This document shows, piece by piece, positions 1-13,535 of a stretch of DNA of 64,000 nt. Positions within the stretch are counted from its first letter, which is position 1. Each line of letters starts with the position of its first letter. The DNA is from Candidatus Dormiibacterota bacterium (GTDB lineage Bacteria > Chloroflexota > Dormibacteria > Aeolococcales > Aeolococcaceae), in the NCBI GenBank assembly GCA_963718525.1, contig OY970355.1:1056001-1120000 (forward strand), written 5' to 3'. Both the position numbers and the translations under genes were made by a program. The notes under the pieces are model-generated. The model worked only from the letters and a program-made list of their open reading frames with translations. It ran no database searches and was not told where the DNA came from.

Positions 1-2
1 CG

Positions 3-692
3 CTGTTCGTCCGGCGTCTCGAGCCCGCACGGCCGATTCTGCTTGCCCTGGCAGCGGTCGCCGCCACGTACACGCTCCTCGCCGCAGGCCCGCAGATCCT
101 GTTCGACCTGCTCGGCACGCACTCCGGCAGCTTCGACGCCCAGGTGTTCTGGGCCTCGTTCGCGCAGGCCGCGGGCACGCTGCTCATCGCACTCGCCGCG
201 CTCAGGCTCGTGGCCCCGGAATGGCGCCCATCGCTGCGCTTGAGGCACCTCAGCCTGCGCGGCCTTGCCACCGGCGTGCTCGGCTCAGCGCTGCTCATCG
301 GCATCGGCCTGGCATTGCCGGCGAATCTGCTCGGGCGTGTGGCGTTGCAGCCGGTCGCGTTCGGGCGCGACCTGCCATGGCTCGGTCCGGCGAACGCGCT
401 GCAGGCGTTCTCGCAGGAGGTGCAGTTTCGCGGGCTCCTGCTCGGCGCACTCGAGCGCACCATGAGCCCGCGGTGGGCAAACGTCAGCCAGGCCGCCGTG
501 TTCGGGCTTGCCCACCTGGCGATCAGCTACGGCGGTCCGGAGGCGCCGTTCGTCCCGATCACGTTCCTCGTGGGGCTCGCGTTCGGCTGGCTCGTGCGAC
601 GCACCAACTCGCTCTGGCCCGCGGTGATCCTCCATGCGGTTGCCGACATCGCTCTGCAATTCGGCATCGTCCAGGGGCTGTATGGGCTCTGA
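3..692 (+). CDS. CPBP family intramembrane metalloprotease (CAAX/Abi), 5'-truncated by the window edge
   Basis: Frame is open from position 3. Hydrophobic, with motifs QEVQFRG (EExxFRG variant), FGLAH and AVILHAVAD. Confidence 0.85.
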   Translation: MFVRRLEPARPILLALAAVAATYTLLAAGPQILFDLLGTHSGSFDAQVFWASFAQAAGTLLIALAALRLVAPEWRPSLRLRHLSLRGLATGVLGSALLIGIGLALPANLLGRVALQPVAFGRDLPWLGPANALQAFSQEVQFRGLLLGALERTMSPRWANVSQAAVFGLAHLAISYGGPEAPFVPITFLVGLAFGWLVRRTNSLWPAVILHAVADIALQFGIVQGLYGL

Positions 693-1566
693 TCGCCGCG
701 GGCGCGCACTCATGCTCACCGCGTCGATGTGCGTGGCGGTCACATGCCTCCTCGCCGCCGGCGCATCCGCGCGCGCGGCCGACCCGTGGTGGGCCCCGCT
801 GTCGCTGCGCGGCTTGGCCATCACTCGCGTTTCTGCCATAGGCGACAGGATCACCGTGCGCACCAGTGCCGGCGCGACGCTGCTTTCATCCGACGGCGGC
901 AGGACCTTCGCCCCCGCGCCGGCCGGCACCACGCTGCCGCCCACCGGCGTGACCGCCGTGGGGACACAGCGCTGGGAAGTCGACCCAGCCGGGCGAGTGC
1001 TGCACCAGGGCGGCTCGTCACAGGGAGCCGCAACCGTGGATCCGGGATCGCCGGATCTCGGCCGCGGCGCCCATCTCATCGCGGCCCCCGCGGCGCTGCC
1101 GGGAACCGTGATCGCAGTGAGCACGGACGGCACCGTGTGGCGGCGCGGCCAGGATGGCGACTGGAAGGAGGCGTTGCTGCTGCTCCCGGCAAGCCTGATA
1201 CAGGGGATCCCACGTGTCACCTCGGTGACGGCATTCATGGCACCGCTCAGCGACGCCGTCTACCTCAGCACCGACGGCTACGCCGTGCTGATCACCACCG
1301 ACGGTGGCGACGACTGGATCCGTGCCGGCCCCGGGCTTCCCGACTCCGTGTACTCGCTCTCGGCCAACTCCGCGCGCAGCGCGGTCTACGCAGGGACGTC
1401 CGACGGGCTCTGGGAACACGTGCTCCAGGCACTGCCGGCACCACCTGCCTACCAGGACGCGGCTCTGGTCTGGCGGTGGATCGGGATCGGTGTGGTCACG
1501 CTGGTCGCCGCATTCGCAGCGCTGCTTGGCATGGCCCGGCTGGCACCACGTCGCGGCGGCGCCTGA
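682..1566 (+). CDS. Exported BNR/Asp-box beta-propeller-like protein with C-terminal membrane anchor
   Basis: Signal peptide (..ASARA), SSDGGRTF and TTDGGDDW Asp-box motifs, C-terminal TM helix plus basic tail. ATG 682 overlaps the upstream gene; alternative start 712. Confidence 0.65.
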   Translation: MGSDRRGRALMLTASMCVAVTCLLAAGASARAADPWWAPLSLRGLAITRVSAIGDRITVRTSAGATLLSSDGGRTFAPAPAGTTLPPTGVTAVGTQRWEVDPAGRVLHQGGSSQGAATVDPGSPDLGRGAHLIAAPAALPGTVIAVSTDGTVWRRGQDGDWKEALLLLPASLIQGIPRVTSVTAFMAPLSDAVYLSTDGYAVLITTDGGDDWIRAGPGLPDSVYSLSANSARSAVYAGTSDGLWEHVLQALPAPPAYQDAALVWRWIGIGVVTLVAAFAALLGMARLAPRRGGA

Positions 1567-1606
1567 CCCGGCGCGCGGCCGGTGCCGCTTCGGCTAGCGT
1601 GATCTG

Positions 1607-3642
<2,036 letters not shown>

Positions 3643-3652
<10 letters not shown>

Positions 3653-5100
3653 CCGCAGCCGGACGGCGTGGTCATCGCTTCCAGCGGTGGAAGAAAGTCG
3701 AAGACCGGGAGGTGTCGCCGGTCGTCGACGGGCAGGTAATCGCCGGTGCTCGGATTCTCGACGTACGTGAGGCGGGGACCCCGGGTGGTGATCTCGCGCA
3801 GGGCCGAGACGAAACGATCGATGTGCTCCACGGTGGTACCGATGCCGAACGACGCGCGGATCGCGCCGGGAATCTCGTGGTGCTCGCCGCGGCGGAGCCG
3901 TTCCCGAATCGTGTGCGCGTCGCCGATGCTCACCCCGAGAAGGTGGGTGATGTACGGATGCGCGCAGAAACATCCGTGGCGCACGCCGATGGCGTGCTCG
4001 GCACTGAGCACCGATGCGACCAGCGCATGGTGCATGCCGTCGACGGTGAACGTGCTCACCCCGAGCCGATCGATATCCGGTCCATCCCAGAGCCGCAAAC
4101 GGTGCAACTTGGGAAGGTCGTCGATCTGTTCGTCGAGATATGCGAGCAGGCGCTTTTCGTGGGCGCCGATATGGGCCATGCCGGTGCGCTCGAGGGCGGT
4201 GCTGGCGGCCCCCAGCGCGATGGCGCCGATGACGTTCGGGCTTCCTGCCTCATGACGGTCCGGCAGCGCCGCCCACTGCACATCGTCGGCGGTGACGTAC
4301 GTGACCGCGCCGCCGCCGGCGAGCATCGGCTCGGCGTCGGCGAGCACGGCCGACGGGCCGATCAGCGCGCCGCCGCCGAACGGCGCATACATCTTGTGTC
4401 CCGAGAGCGCGAGGAAATCGACGCCCATGGCGACCATGTCGATGGTTCGGTGCGGCGCGAGCTGCGCTGCGTCGACGGCGAGCAGCGCCCCGTGCTCGTG
4501 GGCGAGCATGCCGATCTCCGCGATGGGAAAGACCTCGCCGGTGACGTTGCTCGCGCCGGTGATGGCCACGATCCCGATGGGCCGGTGGCGATCCTCGAGA
4601 GCGCGGCGCAGCTCCGTCAGCAGCTGCTCGGGGGACTCCGGTGCGTCGAGCATCTCGACGCGCGCCAGTCGCCTCCAGGGCAGCATGTTGGCGTGGTGCT
4701 CGACGATCGTGCTGAGCACCGCGTGGCCCGGGCGGAGCACGAGACAGTGGGTCAGCAGGTTGATGGCCTCCGTCGTGTTTCTGACGAAGATGACTGCATC
4801 GGTCGACCGCGCGCCGGTGAAGGCCGCCACCGCCGACCGCGCCGCCTCGTACGCCCGAGTCGACACCTGTGATGCAAACCCCGCCCCGCGATGCACGCTC
4901 GAGTACCACGGAAGGAACTCGATCACCGCATCCGCCACGGCCTCCATCGCCGGCGTGCTCGCCGCCATGTCGAGGTTGACGTAGCTGCGCGTCTCGCCGC
5001 TCGCGAGTTGCACCTCGAGATCCTGGCCCACCAGGCGGGGAAGCAGGACTCCCGAGGCGCGGCGGCCGGGCCGGCTGCGGCGGGACAACTCCGTGAGCAT
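3643..5100 (-). CDS. Class V PLP aminotransferase / cysteine desulfurase-like protein
   Basis: [35 protein letters not shown] (PLP Lys) and [12 protein letters not shown] overlaps the hutI stop (ATGA). Confidence 0.88.
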
Positions 5101-6320
5101 CAGGTCTTCGAGGGTACTGCCAAGCGGCCCTGGAGCATCACGTTCGCAACAATGTCGCCACCGAGGTGATAGCCGATGTCGATCCAGCTCGGGGTGTCGA
5201 GGATCACTGCGTCGGCACGCAGGCCAGCACGGAGAATGCCTCGGTCCGCCAACCCGAGCGCGGCGGCGCCACCGGCCGTGGCGGCGACCAGGGCCTGGGC
5301 CGGAGTGAGGCCGCCGAGCGCGACCGCGAGCGAGATCATGAGGGGCATCGATTCGCTGAAGCAGGTTCCCGGGTTGCAATCGGTCGCAACCGCCACGGTG
5401 CAGCCCGCCTCGAGAAGCCGGCGGCCGGGCGGCGGGGGACCGCCGAGGACCAGCGAGGCGCCGGGCAGGATCACGCCGACCACCCCTGCGGCGCTGAGGG
5501 CCTCGAGGTCGGTGTTGAGCGCATGTTCGAGGTGGTCCGCGCTCACCGCGCCGGCCTGCGCCGCGAGCACGGCGCCGCCGCTGTGTGAGCGCTGTTCGGT
5601 GTGGATCTTCGGACGCAATCCGTGTGCGCGCGCTGCGGTGAAGACGCGCTCACATTCGGTGACGGTGTATGCGCCGGCGTCGCAGAAGGCGTCCACGAAT
5701 GTGGCGCGCTTGGCGGCGCCGGCCACGCCACGCGTGCAGACGTCGTCGATGAAGTCATCGCGTGGTCCGTCCGGGACCGCGTGGAGCGGAAGGTAGGTCG
5801 CGACCACGTCGGGCAGATCCACCCACTGACGGAGGAGTTCCGCCGCGTCCAGCTGGCGCATCTCCGCGTCGTACTCGAGCCCGTAGCCGCTCTTCACCTC
5901 GATGGTGGTCGTGCCGTGGTCGAGCATCCGTCGCGCTCGTTCTCGCGCCGTGGTCGTGAGCTCCTCGACGCTTCCGGCAGCGGTGGCGCGGACGGTTGCC
6001 CGGATGCCGCCACCCGAAGCCGCGATCTCCTCGTAGGTTGCGCCGGCGCTACGCCGGGCGTACTCGTCGCCGCGATCACCCAGCCAGACGATGTGTGTGT
6101 GCGAGTCGACGAACCCGGGAACAACCGCGGCGCCGCGAGCATGGATCTCGAGCGCTTCACGGGGAACATCGGATCGATCGAGCCCGGACTCCGGACCTGC
6201 ATATTCGATGATGCCGTCGCGCGCGACCAGCGCCGCGTCGCGTACCACGCCGGGAGCATCGCCCAGCAGCGGATCGCACGTGCAGAGCGCGCCGATGCCG
6301 TGGACGACGACGGCACTCAT
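5100..6320 (-). CDS. hutI: Imidazolonepropionase
   Basis: PGFVDSHTH, GGGIRATVRAT, GTTTIEVKSGYGL, SADHLE and ATDCNPG motifs; hut operon context. Confidence 0.93.
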   Translation of the reverse strand: MSAVVVHGIGALCTCDPLLGDAPGVVRDAALVARDGIIEYAGPESGLDRSDVPREALEIHARGAAVVPGFVDSHTHIVWLGDRGDEYARRSAGATYEEIAASGGGIRATVRATAAGSVEELTTTARERARRMLDHGTTTIEVKSGYGLEYDAEMRQLDAAELLRQWVDLPDVVATYLPLHAVPDGPRDDFIDDVCTRGVAGAAKRATFVDAFCDAGAYTVTECERVFTAARAHGLRPKIHTEQRSHSGGAVLAAQAGAVSADHLEHALNTDLEALSAAGVVGVILPGASLVLGGPPPPGRRLLEAGCTVAVATDCNPGTCFSESMPLMISLAVALGGLTPAQALVAATAGGAAALGLADRGILRAGLRADAVILDTPSWIDIGYHLGGDIVANVMLQGRLAVPSKT

Positions 6321-7225
6321 ATCGCAGGACCGTCCGCCGCACGCGTGGCGATGCCGCTGCAGAAGGTGAGAAACGTGGCCGCCATCAGCCGAAGCGTGAT
6401 GCCGTTCACGTCCGCGTTCGCGTCCACCTCGCAGAGGTCGGCGCCGACCACGTGCGGGTCGGCGCCGAGCAGGAATGCGGCTTCGAGCAGATCCCCGGGT
6501 TGCAGGCCGCCGGGAAGGCTCGCGGGGCACGCGGGCGCGAAACCACGGTCGACGACGTCGATGTCGAAATCGACATGGATGTGCGTGACTCCGCGCGCCA
6601 CGAGCAGCGACAGCGCTGATGCGATGACCGTCACCATCCCATCCCGTCGCACGACATCGAGCGGAACAATGTGGATCCCCTGCGCGCGCGCCCACTCGGC
6701 GTGCTCCCGCGCATTGCCAAGCGGGTGGATGCCGATCTGCACGACCCGGTCGCCCGGAAGTCCGGCCTCGATCAGCTCGCGCACCGGGGTTCCGTTGCTC
6801 GACCCGTCCATCGCCGGACGGCAGTCGTGGTGCGCATCGAGAGTCAGCAGCGCCCAGGCTCCCGGCCTGGCGTTCATGAGGCCCTGGAGCAGCGGACGCG
6901 TGAGTGAATTGTCGCCACCCACGACGACCACGTGTTCCGCGGTGGTCGCGGCGTCAGCGGCGGCCGCCTGAATGCGTGCGTGCGCCGCGCACGCGTCGGC
7001 ATCGTCGACGTCGCCCTGGACGTCGCCGAGATCGCGCACGTGAAGCCCGGTGATATCGACGGCGTGCTCCGCGTCCCAGGTCGGAAACCGGCGCAGCGCA
7101 TCGCGAAATGCCGGCGGAGTCGACCATGACTCCACCAGCGTGATCGAGGCCTTGGAGATCGGCGCGCCGAGGAGCACGACATCCGGCGCCGCCGAGTCCT
7201 CCGCCAGCCACTCACGAGCGTTCAC
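6317..7225 (-). CDS. hutG: Formimidoylglutamase (arginase family)
   Basis: GGDNS, DAHHD, SNGTP and DFDID ureohydrolase motifs; lies between hutU and hutI. Confidence 0.85.
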   Translation of the reverse strand: MNAREWLAEDSAAPDVVLLGAPISKASITLVESWSTPPAFRDALRRFPTWDAEHAVDITGLHVRDLGDVQGDVDDADACAAHARIQAAAADAATTAEHVVVVGGDNSLTRPLLQGLMNARPGAWALLTLDAHHDCRPAMDGSSNGTPVRELIEAGLPGDRVVQIGIHPLGNAREHAEWARAQGIHIVPLDVVRRDGMVTVIASALSLLVARGVTHIHVDFDIDVVDRGFAPACPASLPGGLQPGDLLEAAFLLGADPHVVGADLCEVDANADVNGITLRLMAATFLTFCSGIATRAADGPAI

Positions 7226-8901
7226 GGATCGATTGCAGAGGCGCTGTCGAGCATGGGAACGCGCACGCCACGGGCCTGCGCCGCGTCCCGAGCTTCGGGA
7301 TATCCCGCATCTGCGTGGCGCATCACGCCCGTCGCCGGATCATTGGTGAGCACCAGCTCGCAACGTCGTGCCGACAGCTCGGTGCCGTCAGCGCACACCT
7401 GCGCGCCGGCGTGAATCGACAGGCCCATGCCGACGCCGCCCCCATGGTGCACCGCGACCCAGGTAGCGCCGCTCGCGGTGTTGAGCAGGGCATTGAGCAC
7501 CGGCCAGTCTGCGATCGCGTCACTGCCGTCGCGCATGGCCTCGGTCTCCCGCAGCGGTGACGCGACCGAGCCGCTGTCGAGATGGTCGCGGCCGATCACC
7601 ACCGGTGCCGACAGCTCGCCAGTGCGCACCATCTCGTTGAAACGAAGCCCGGCGAGATGTCGCTCGCCGGCCCCCAGCCAGCAGATCCGCGCGGGCAATC
7701 CCTGGAAGTGCACGCGCTCCTGCGCGAGGGTCAACCAGCGATGCAGTTCGTCGTGATCCGGGAAGAGCTCGAGCATCGCCGCGTCGGTGCGCGCGATGTC
7801 GGCGGGATCTCCGCTCAAGGCCACCCACCGGAACGGTCCGCGGCCCTCGCAGAACTGATCCCGGATGTACGCTGGGACGAACCCCGGGTACGCGAACGCA
7901 TCCGCGAACCCCCCGAGCCGCGCCTGGTCACGCAGCGAGTTGCCGTAGTCGAACACCTCGGCGCCGCGGCGCTGATACTCGACCATCGCCTCGCAGTGAC
8001 GCGCCATCGATTCACGGGAGCGGCGCATGTATGCCTCGGGATCGGCCGCGCGCAGTGTCGCCGCGTCGTCGAGGGTGAGCCCGGCGGGGATGTAGCCGTT
8101 CAACGGGTCGTGGGCACTGGTCTGGTCGGTGACGACGTCGATCGCCAATGACGATTCGAGCAGCGCAGGGAGCGCCTCCGCCGCATTCGCGCAGACCGCC
8201 ACCGAGAGTGCTCGACCCTCTTCGCGCGCGACATCGCAGCGCCGGACGGCAGCGTCCAGTGTGGTCGCGAGCTCATCGACGTAGCCGGTGTCGAGCCTGC
8301 GCTGGATGCGCGCGGGGTCGACGTCGATGCAGAGCGCGACCCCGCCGCTCATGGTGACCGCGAGCGGTTGCGCACCGCCCATGCCACCGAGCCCCGAGGT
8401 CACCACCAGCCTGCCCTTCAGGCTGCCGCCGAAACGCTTGCGGGCCACCGCCTGAAACGTCTCGAACGTTCCCTGCAGGATGCCCTGGGTGCCGATGTAG
8501 ATCCATGAGCCGGCGGTCATCTGTCCGTACATCGTCAGCCCCATGCCCTCCAGGCGCCAGAACTCCTCCCAGGTCGCCCAGCGGGGGACCAGCAGCGAGT
8601 TGGCGATCAGGACGCGGGGTGCGAGCTCATGGGTTCGAGCCACTCCCACCGGTTTGCCGGATTGCACGAGGAGCGTCTCGTCGTCGCGCAATGACCGAAG
8701 CGTGGCCACGATGGCGTCGAAGCACTCCCACGATCGGGCTGCGCGTCCGGTGCCGCCGTACACCACCAGCCGGTCCGGATCCTCGGCGACCGCGGGGTCG
8801 AGATTGTTCATGAGACAGCGCAGTGGCGCCTCGGTCTGCCAGCTGCCACAGGTGCGCGCAGTCCCGCGAGGCGAACGAACCGGGCGAGCGCCTGCGGTCA
8901 T
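7222..8901 (-). CDS. hutU: Urocanate hydratase
   Basis: [42 protein letters not shown] and GRDHLD motifs. Confidence 0.97.
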   Translation of the reverse strand: MTAGARPVRSPRGTARTCGSWQTEAPLRCLMNNLDPAVAEDPDRLVVYGGTGRAARSWECFDAIVATLRSLRDDETLLVQSGKPVGVARTHELAPRVLIANSLLVPRWATWEEFWRLEGMGLTMYGQMTAGSWIYIGTQGILQGTFETFQAVARKRFGGSLKGRLVVTSGLGGMGGAQPLAVTMSGGVALCIDVDPARIQRRLDTGYVDELATTLDAAVRRCDVAREEGRALSVAVCANAAEALPALLESSLAIDVVTDQTSAHDPLNGYIPAGLTLDDAATLRAADPEAYMRRSRESMARHCEAMVEYQRRGAEVFDYGNSLRDQARLGGFADAFAYPGFVPAYIRDQFCEGRGPFRWVALSGDPADIARTDAAMLELFPDHDELHRWLTLAQERVHFQGLPARICWLGAGERHLAGLRFNEMVRTGELSAPVVIGRDHLDSGSVASPLRETEAMRDGSDAIADWPVLNALLNTASGATWVAVHHGGGVGMGLSIHAGAQVCADGTELSARRCELVLTNDPATGVMRHADAGYPEARDAAQARGVRVPMLDSASAIDP

Positions 8902-10424
8902 CGCAGGGTCACCCCGGCGGTGGCGAGCGCTGCGCGCCAGACCCCGTCACGCGCCCACGCCTCAACAGCCTCGAGGTCGCCGCTGAGGACCCGGTCCTCC
9001 GCGAGCGCGGGGGTCCGGGTTCGCAGCGACGCGATGACGCTGCCGGTCGCCGCCGCCGGCCGAAGTGGATGGCGCATCTCCACCGCCTGCGAAGCGCTGA
9101 GCACCTCGACGGCGAGCACCGAGCGCAGCAGTCCGACCGAACGCCGGGTGCGCAGCGCCGCCTCGTGGCCCATCGAGACGTGGTCCTCCTGCCCGGCGCT
9201 GGTGGCGGCACTCTGCACCGCAAACGGCGTCGCCGCGTGGCGGAGCGTGGCAACCATGGCTGCGGCGGTGTACTGGGTGATCATCAAACCGCTGTTGAGC
9301 CCTGGCTCGGGGCTCAGGAATGCGGGCAGCCCCCGCGAGCGCGCGGGATCGAGGAGCCTGTCGACCCGGCGCTCGCTGATCGCGGCGACGTCTGCACACA
9401 CCGAGGCGAGCATGTCCGCCGCGTAGGCCAGCGCCTGTCCGTGGAAGTTGCCGGCACTCACCACCTCGTCGCCGAGCACCACCGGGTTATCGACAACACT
9501 GGCCAATTCATGTTCGACCGTCTGACGGCAGAAGGCGACGACGTCGCGTGCGGCGCCGTGCACCTGGGGCGCGCACCGCAGTGAGTAGGCATCCTGGACC
9601 GCGTGTCGCGATGGACGGTGCGACGCCACGATCGGGCTTGCCTCGAGCAGCGTCCGCAGGTTCGCCGCCGAGTCCGCCTGTCCCGGAGCCGGGCGAAGGG
9701 CCACCACTCGTTCGTCGTACGCGACGGCGGTCCCGAGCAGCGCCTCGACGCTGAGCGCGCACGCAATGTCGGCGATGCGCAGCAGGTCCTCGATGTCCTG
9801 CACCGCCAGCGCGAGCAGCGTGGTCATCGCGTCGGTGCCGTTGATGAGCGCGAGACCCTCCTTGGGCTCGACCACGATGGGAGCCAGTCCTCGGGCTCGA
9901 AGCGCGGTGCCCCCGTCGATGCGATCACCGCCTGGACCAGCGGCCCATCCCTGGCCGAGGAGCACCGTGGCCACCGATGCCAGCGGAGCGAGGTCTCCCG
10001 ACGCGCCCAGCGAACCGTGCTCCGGAACCCACGGAACGATGCCGGCCTCGAGCAGCGCCACCAGGGCGTCGACCAGCTCGACGCGCACGCCCGAGAGCCC
10101 CGCGGCAAGCGTGCGTGCGCGGAGCAGGATCATGCCGCGGACCACCTCGTCGTCCAGACGTGGCCCCGACCCGGCGGCATGGCTGAGCACGACCGACCGC
10201 TGGAGGAGGGCGCGATCGGCCGGAGCCACCGCCCGGTCGGCCAGCGCACCGAAACCGGTGGTGACGCCATAGACTGCGGCGCCTTCGCGGTCGAGGCGGT
10301 CGACGACGTCGCGCGCCGGCCGCATTCGCGCACGCACTCCAGGGTCGAGCGCGACAGGTTCCCGCCCGCGAGCGGCCCGCACCACGGCGTCGATGGTCAA
10401 CGCGCCGCCGTCGACAGTGATCAT
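8898..10424 (-). CDS. hutH: Histidine ammonia-lyase
   Basis: [20 protein letters not shown] (MIO Ala-Ser-Gly), [14 protein letters not shown] and QEDHVSMG. Start placed at ATG 10424. Confidence 0.95.
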   Translation of the reverse strand: MITVDGGALTIDAVVRAARGREPVALDPGVRARMRPARDVVDRLDREGAAVYGVTTGFGALADRAVAPADRALLQRSVVLSHAAGSGPRLDDEVVRGMILLRARTLAAGLSGVRVELVDALVALLEAGIVPWVPEHGSLGASGDLAPLASVATVLLGQGWAAGPGGDRIDGGTALRARGLAPIVVEPKEGLALINGTDAMTTLLALAVQDIEDLLRIADIACALSVEALLGTAVAYDERVVALRPAPGQADSAANLRTLLEASPIVASHRPSRHAVQDAYSLRCAPQVHGAARDVVAFCRQTVEHELASVVDNPVVLGDEVVSAGNFHGQALAYAADMLASVCADVAAISERRVDRLLDPARSRGLPAFLSPEPGLNSGLMITQYTAAAMVATLRHAATPFAVQSAATSAGQEDHVSMGHEAALRTRRSVGLLRSVLAVEVLSASQAVEMRHPLRPAAATGSVIASLRTRTPALAEDRVLSGDLEAVEAWARDGVWRAALATAGVTLR

Positions 10425-10503
10425 TCCGGCGAGCAGCCTACTCGACCGCTGCGCCGCGTCACGCGATCCGGTGCCGCGAACCGCCACTCCGCGCACGTAC
10501 GTT

Positions 10504-11640
10504 ATGCAGAACGTGGATCGGTCTCCGCCACCCCCGCCGCCTCCGGCACCGTTCGACCCGGCGAGCGCCGCGGGCCGGCGCTGGCCGAAGGTGCTCCTCG
10601 TCATCGCCGGGCTACTCTCAGCGGCGATCGGCGTCACCGTGGGAGCTGCGACCGGGACATCGGAGTCGGCGTCGATCGCGTTCCGGCTGGCAGCGGACGG
10701 TTACTACGCCAACGCGGTCGCCGTCGATGAGGCGATCGCGCAGCGATCAGGGCCGCTGTACTTCCTGGATGGAGGAGCGTCCGGTGCTGCCGCCACCGCT
10801 GCCGAGACGACCGTCCTGGAGTGGGCGGCGGCGCTTGGCAGGAGAGGGCAGGTGGACGCCGCGGTGGCGCTCTACCGGTCGGTGACGTCACCTCCTTCGC
10901 TGCGCCTGCAGGCGGTCGACGCCATGGCGGCCCTCCTCCTCAAGACTGCGGCTGCCGATGCCGCCGCCGGCGGCTACATGAGCGCAATCCAGTGGCTCGA
11001 CGAGATCGCGACACTCGCGCCCGCAACGCCTGCAGGCGTGCAGGCAGGGCGCGCCCTCCCCGTCGACCAGGCCGGTGAGGCGCGGCTCCTGGTCGCGGCA
11101 GGACACGCCAGCGACGCGGTCACGCTCCTCACCACGGTGCTGGCGGAGCACTCGGCGCCGGCGACCACGATCGCCACCAGCCTGTTTCCATCGGCGTTGC
11201 TCGCCGCCGGGCAGGAGAACCTGATCCACAACTCCTACAAGGACGCCTTCGGGGCCCTGCACCAGCTGGTGACGAGCTACCCGACCACCGTGGAGGCATC
11301 TCAGGCAGAGGCCATGCTTGCGGCTCCCCAGGTGGTGACCGGCACGCTGGTGACACGCAGTGGCCTCCCGGTGTCCGGAAGGGTTCGGCTCAGCTCCAAC
11401 TACAAAGCGGAGCCGGGCGGCATGTACCAGACGAGCGCCCCCTTCTACTCCACGACGGCTGACAGCTCAGGTGATTTCAGCTTCCCCGTCGTGCCGGTCG
11501 GCGGCCCGTACGTCTTCGAGGTGCTGTCAGGCGGCAACTGGACCACACTGCTCAATCCCGCGACGAATCAGCCGGTCAACCCGGTGACCGTGACCCCGCT
11601 GGTCCCGGTGGATCTCACCTTCGTGGTGCTTCCCTCCTGA
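10504..11640 (+). CDS. Membrane-anchored hypothetical protein with TPR-like helical region and C-terminal beta-sandwich
   Basis: Poly-Pro N-terminus, single TM helix, Ala-rich helical repeats (LHQLVTSYPTTVEASQA), and a C-terminal TTADSSGDFSFPVVPVGGPY motif resembling carboxypeptidase-regulatory-like domains. Confidence 0.6.
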   Translation: MQNVDRSPPPPPPPAPFDPASAAGRRWPKVLLVIAGLLSAAIGVTVGAATGTSESASIAFRLAADGYYANAVAVDEAIAQRSGPLYFLDGGASGAAATAAETTVLEWAAALGRRGQVDAAVALYRSVTSPPSLRLQAVDAMAALLLKTAAADAAAGGYMSAIQWLDEIATLAPATPAGVQAGRALPVDQAGEARLLVAAGHASDAVTLLTTVLAEHSAPATTIATSLFPSALLAAGQENLIHNSYKDAFGALHQLVTSYPTTVEASQAEAMLAAPQVVTGTLVTRSGLPVSGRVRLSSNYKAEPGGMYQTSAPFYSTTADSSGDFSFPVVPVGGPYVFEVLSGGNWTTLLNPATNQPVNPVTVTPLVPVDLTFVVLPS

Positions 11641-11671
11641 GGACCCCCTGCCCGGCTACGATGGGTTGGCG

Positions 11672-12298
11672 ATGGGAGGGGATTTCGAGGGAGTGGTGCG
11701 TTCTCGACGCACGCCACGAGGCCGACGCGGTCAGGCGATCGTGGAATTCGCCGTCATCCTTCCGCTCTTCCTCTTCTGCCTGATCGGCGCGCTCGACGCG
11801 GGGCTGTGGGCCGTGCAGACCTCGGCTGAGGTGTCCGCGGTGGAGCAGGCCGCGATGATCGCCTCGTCGGCGGGTTCGAGCCCGGTGTCGGAGACGGCAC
11901 CCGATGCCCGGGTGGTGACGGCGGCGATCTCCGGGCGCCTCCGAAGCGCGTTGTTCGGCACCGCGATCGACAGCTGGTGCGCAACCGACGCGACCGGCAC
12001 CTGTGCTCCCGACAGCACGCAGCACTGCCCGACCACCCCGGCCGAGGTGCAGGCGAAGGAAGGACCGCGGGTGGTGGTGGTCTGTGTCAGCGAAGCGGAC
12101 CCACCCTCATGCACGGCTCCGCCGCCCGGGCTGACGTCGCCGTACCCACCCGGGTGCGCGGACTCACCGATGGTCACCGTGCGGGTCATCGGTTTCGTCG
12201 CGTCGCTCGTGCCGCCCGGCTTCGGTCCCGGGGCGGGCGCATTCGAGCTGCCGACCGACATCTCGGCCACAACTCACACGCTTCGATTCGCTCCGTGA
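11672..12298 (+). CDS. TadE-like minor pilin
   Basis: Prepilin motif RRG|QAIVEFAVILPLFL followed by a Cys-rich domain. Start uncertain (11672 or 11696). Confidence 0.85.
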   Translation: MGGDFEGVVRSRRTPRGRRGQAIVEFAVILPLFLFCLIGALDAGLWAVQTSAEVSAVEQAAMIASSAGSSPVSETAPDARVVTAAISGRLRSALFGTAIDSWCATDATGTCAPDSTQHCPTTPAEVQAKEGPRVVVVCVSEADPPSCTAPPPGLTSPYPPGCADSPMVTVRVIGFVASLVPPGFGPGAGAFELPTDISATTHTLRFAP

Positions 12299-12927
12299 CG
12301 CGGAGCAGGAGGCGCGGCGACAACGCTCAGGCAGTGCTCGAGACCGCGCTGGTCATACCGATTCTGCTGTTCCTGGTCTGCAACTTCATCGCAGTGATGG
12401 TGGAGGTGACCGTGCAGGAACAGCTGAACTCGGCGACGGCGCTCGCCGCACAGTCTCGATTCCAGGCTCCGGAGAACGCATTCGACGTGCCGGGAACGCG
12501 TTGCTGCGGCGCGCATGGAGTCACGCTCGTCACCTCCGGACTCCCGACCGGGTGTCGCTACGCCGCCGAGACCTTCTACGGCACGATGACGACGTACACA
12601 GGCCTGCTCCACTGGCGGCCTGCAACGCTCTGCACCTCCGGTGGCGACAGCGGCAACGCCGGTCACGCTCCGGTGCCGCCCGTCGCATACGCGGGATCGC
12701 CATCCAACGCCGAGGTGTCATGCGACATCGGATCGGTCACGACCGGCGGCGGCGTGATCCCCGGCTACGTGGACCGAACACTCAATCCTCCATCCGGCCT
12801 CGACGTTGTCACGTGCAGCGCCTCGGTGTCCCTCGACTTCGCGAACACGCCCCTGGCATGGGGCGTGTTCTGGACGCCAACGCTGCATGCGCAGGCAGAG
12901 GCCGTGCCACCGCCCTTCCGCCAGTGA
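12295..12927 (+). CDS. TadE-like minor pilin
   Basis: DNA|QAVLETALVIPILLFL motif; GTG overlaps the previous stop (GTGA). Confidence 0.8.
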   Translation: MTRSRRRGDNAQAVLETALVIPILLFLVCNFIAVMVEVTVQEQLNSATALAAQSRFQAPENAFDVPGTRCCGAHGVTLVTSGLPTGCRYAAETFYGTMTTYTGLLHWRPATLCTSGGDSGNAGHAPVPPVAYAGSPSNAEVSCDIGSVTTGGGVIPGYVDRTLNPPSGLDVVTCSASVSLDFANTPLAWGVFWTPTLHAQAEAVPPPFRQ

Positions 12928-13535
12928 CACCCGTTCGCGCGGCCCACAGACGTGCGCGGCAGCGTGGCCAGACTCTGATCGTCTTCGCGCTCGGTTTCGC
13001 GCTGTTCCTCTTCAGTCTCACCTGCCTCGTCGCGGATTCCGCATACCTCTACGTGTGGTCGGCGCGCGTCCAGGTTGCAGCGCAACTGGCTGCGCAGTCC
13101 GGCGCCGACGCGGTCGATCCCCGGTATCTTTACGTCGCCACCGGCTCGTGCCCGGCCGGCGGAGCCGGTTCCCCCTGCCCGGTGCAGATCGTCGACATCA
13201 GCGCGCAGGATCGCGCGGGCTCGTTGTACGCGTTCGAGCGCTCGTGCATTCAAGCCGGCGACCAGTCCGGACAGATTCCACGCACCAGCGCGAATCCGCT
13301 GGTCTTGAAGAGCGCGGACGACCCGCAGGTCCCCGACGGCACGCTGTGCGCCAGTGACGGATGCCGCGTGTACGCGGAGGTCTCGCGGGTGGTGCAGCTG
13401 CCGATACCCTTGCCCGGCTTTCCGGACGCGATCACCGTGCGCGGCATCGGCTACGCGGCGCCGGTCGTCGGCACCGACCACGCGATATCCACGTGCACAG
13501 GAACGGCCTGGGTTCCATCACCACCGCCGCGCTGA
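12924..13535 (+). CDS. TadG-like pilus protein
   Basis: QRG|QTLIVFAL...VADSAYLY...VQVAAQLAAQSGA is typical of Tad/TadG N-termini; GTGA overlap with the previous gene. Confidence 0.8.
   Translation: MTPVRAAHRRARQRGQTLIVFALGFALFLFSLTCLVADSAYLYVWSARVQVAAQLAAQSGADAVDPRYLYVATGSCPAGGAGSPCPVQIVDISAQDRAGSLYAFERSCIQAGDQSGQIPRTSANPLVLKSADDPQVPDGTLCASDGCRVYAEVSRVVQLPIPLPGFPDAITVRGIGYAAPVVGTDHAISTCTGTAWVPSPPPR

Noticed and set aside
5100-10424. Ergothioneine catabolic cluster (ergothionase / thiourocanate hydratase)
   Set aside because: HutH retains the MIO-forming ASG and the other genes look like canonical hutU, hutG and hutI.
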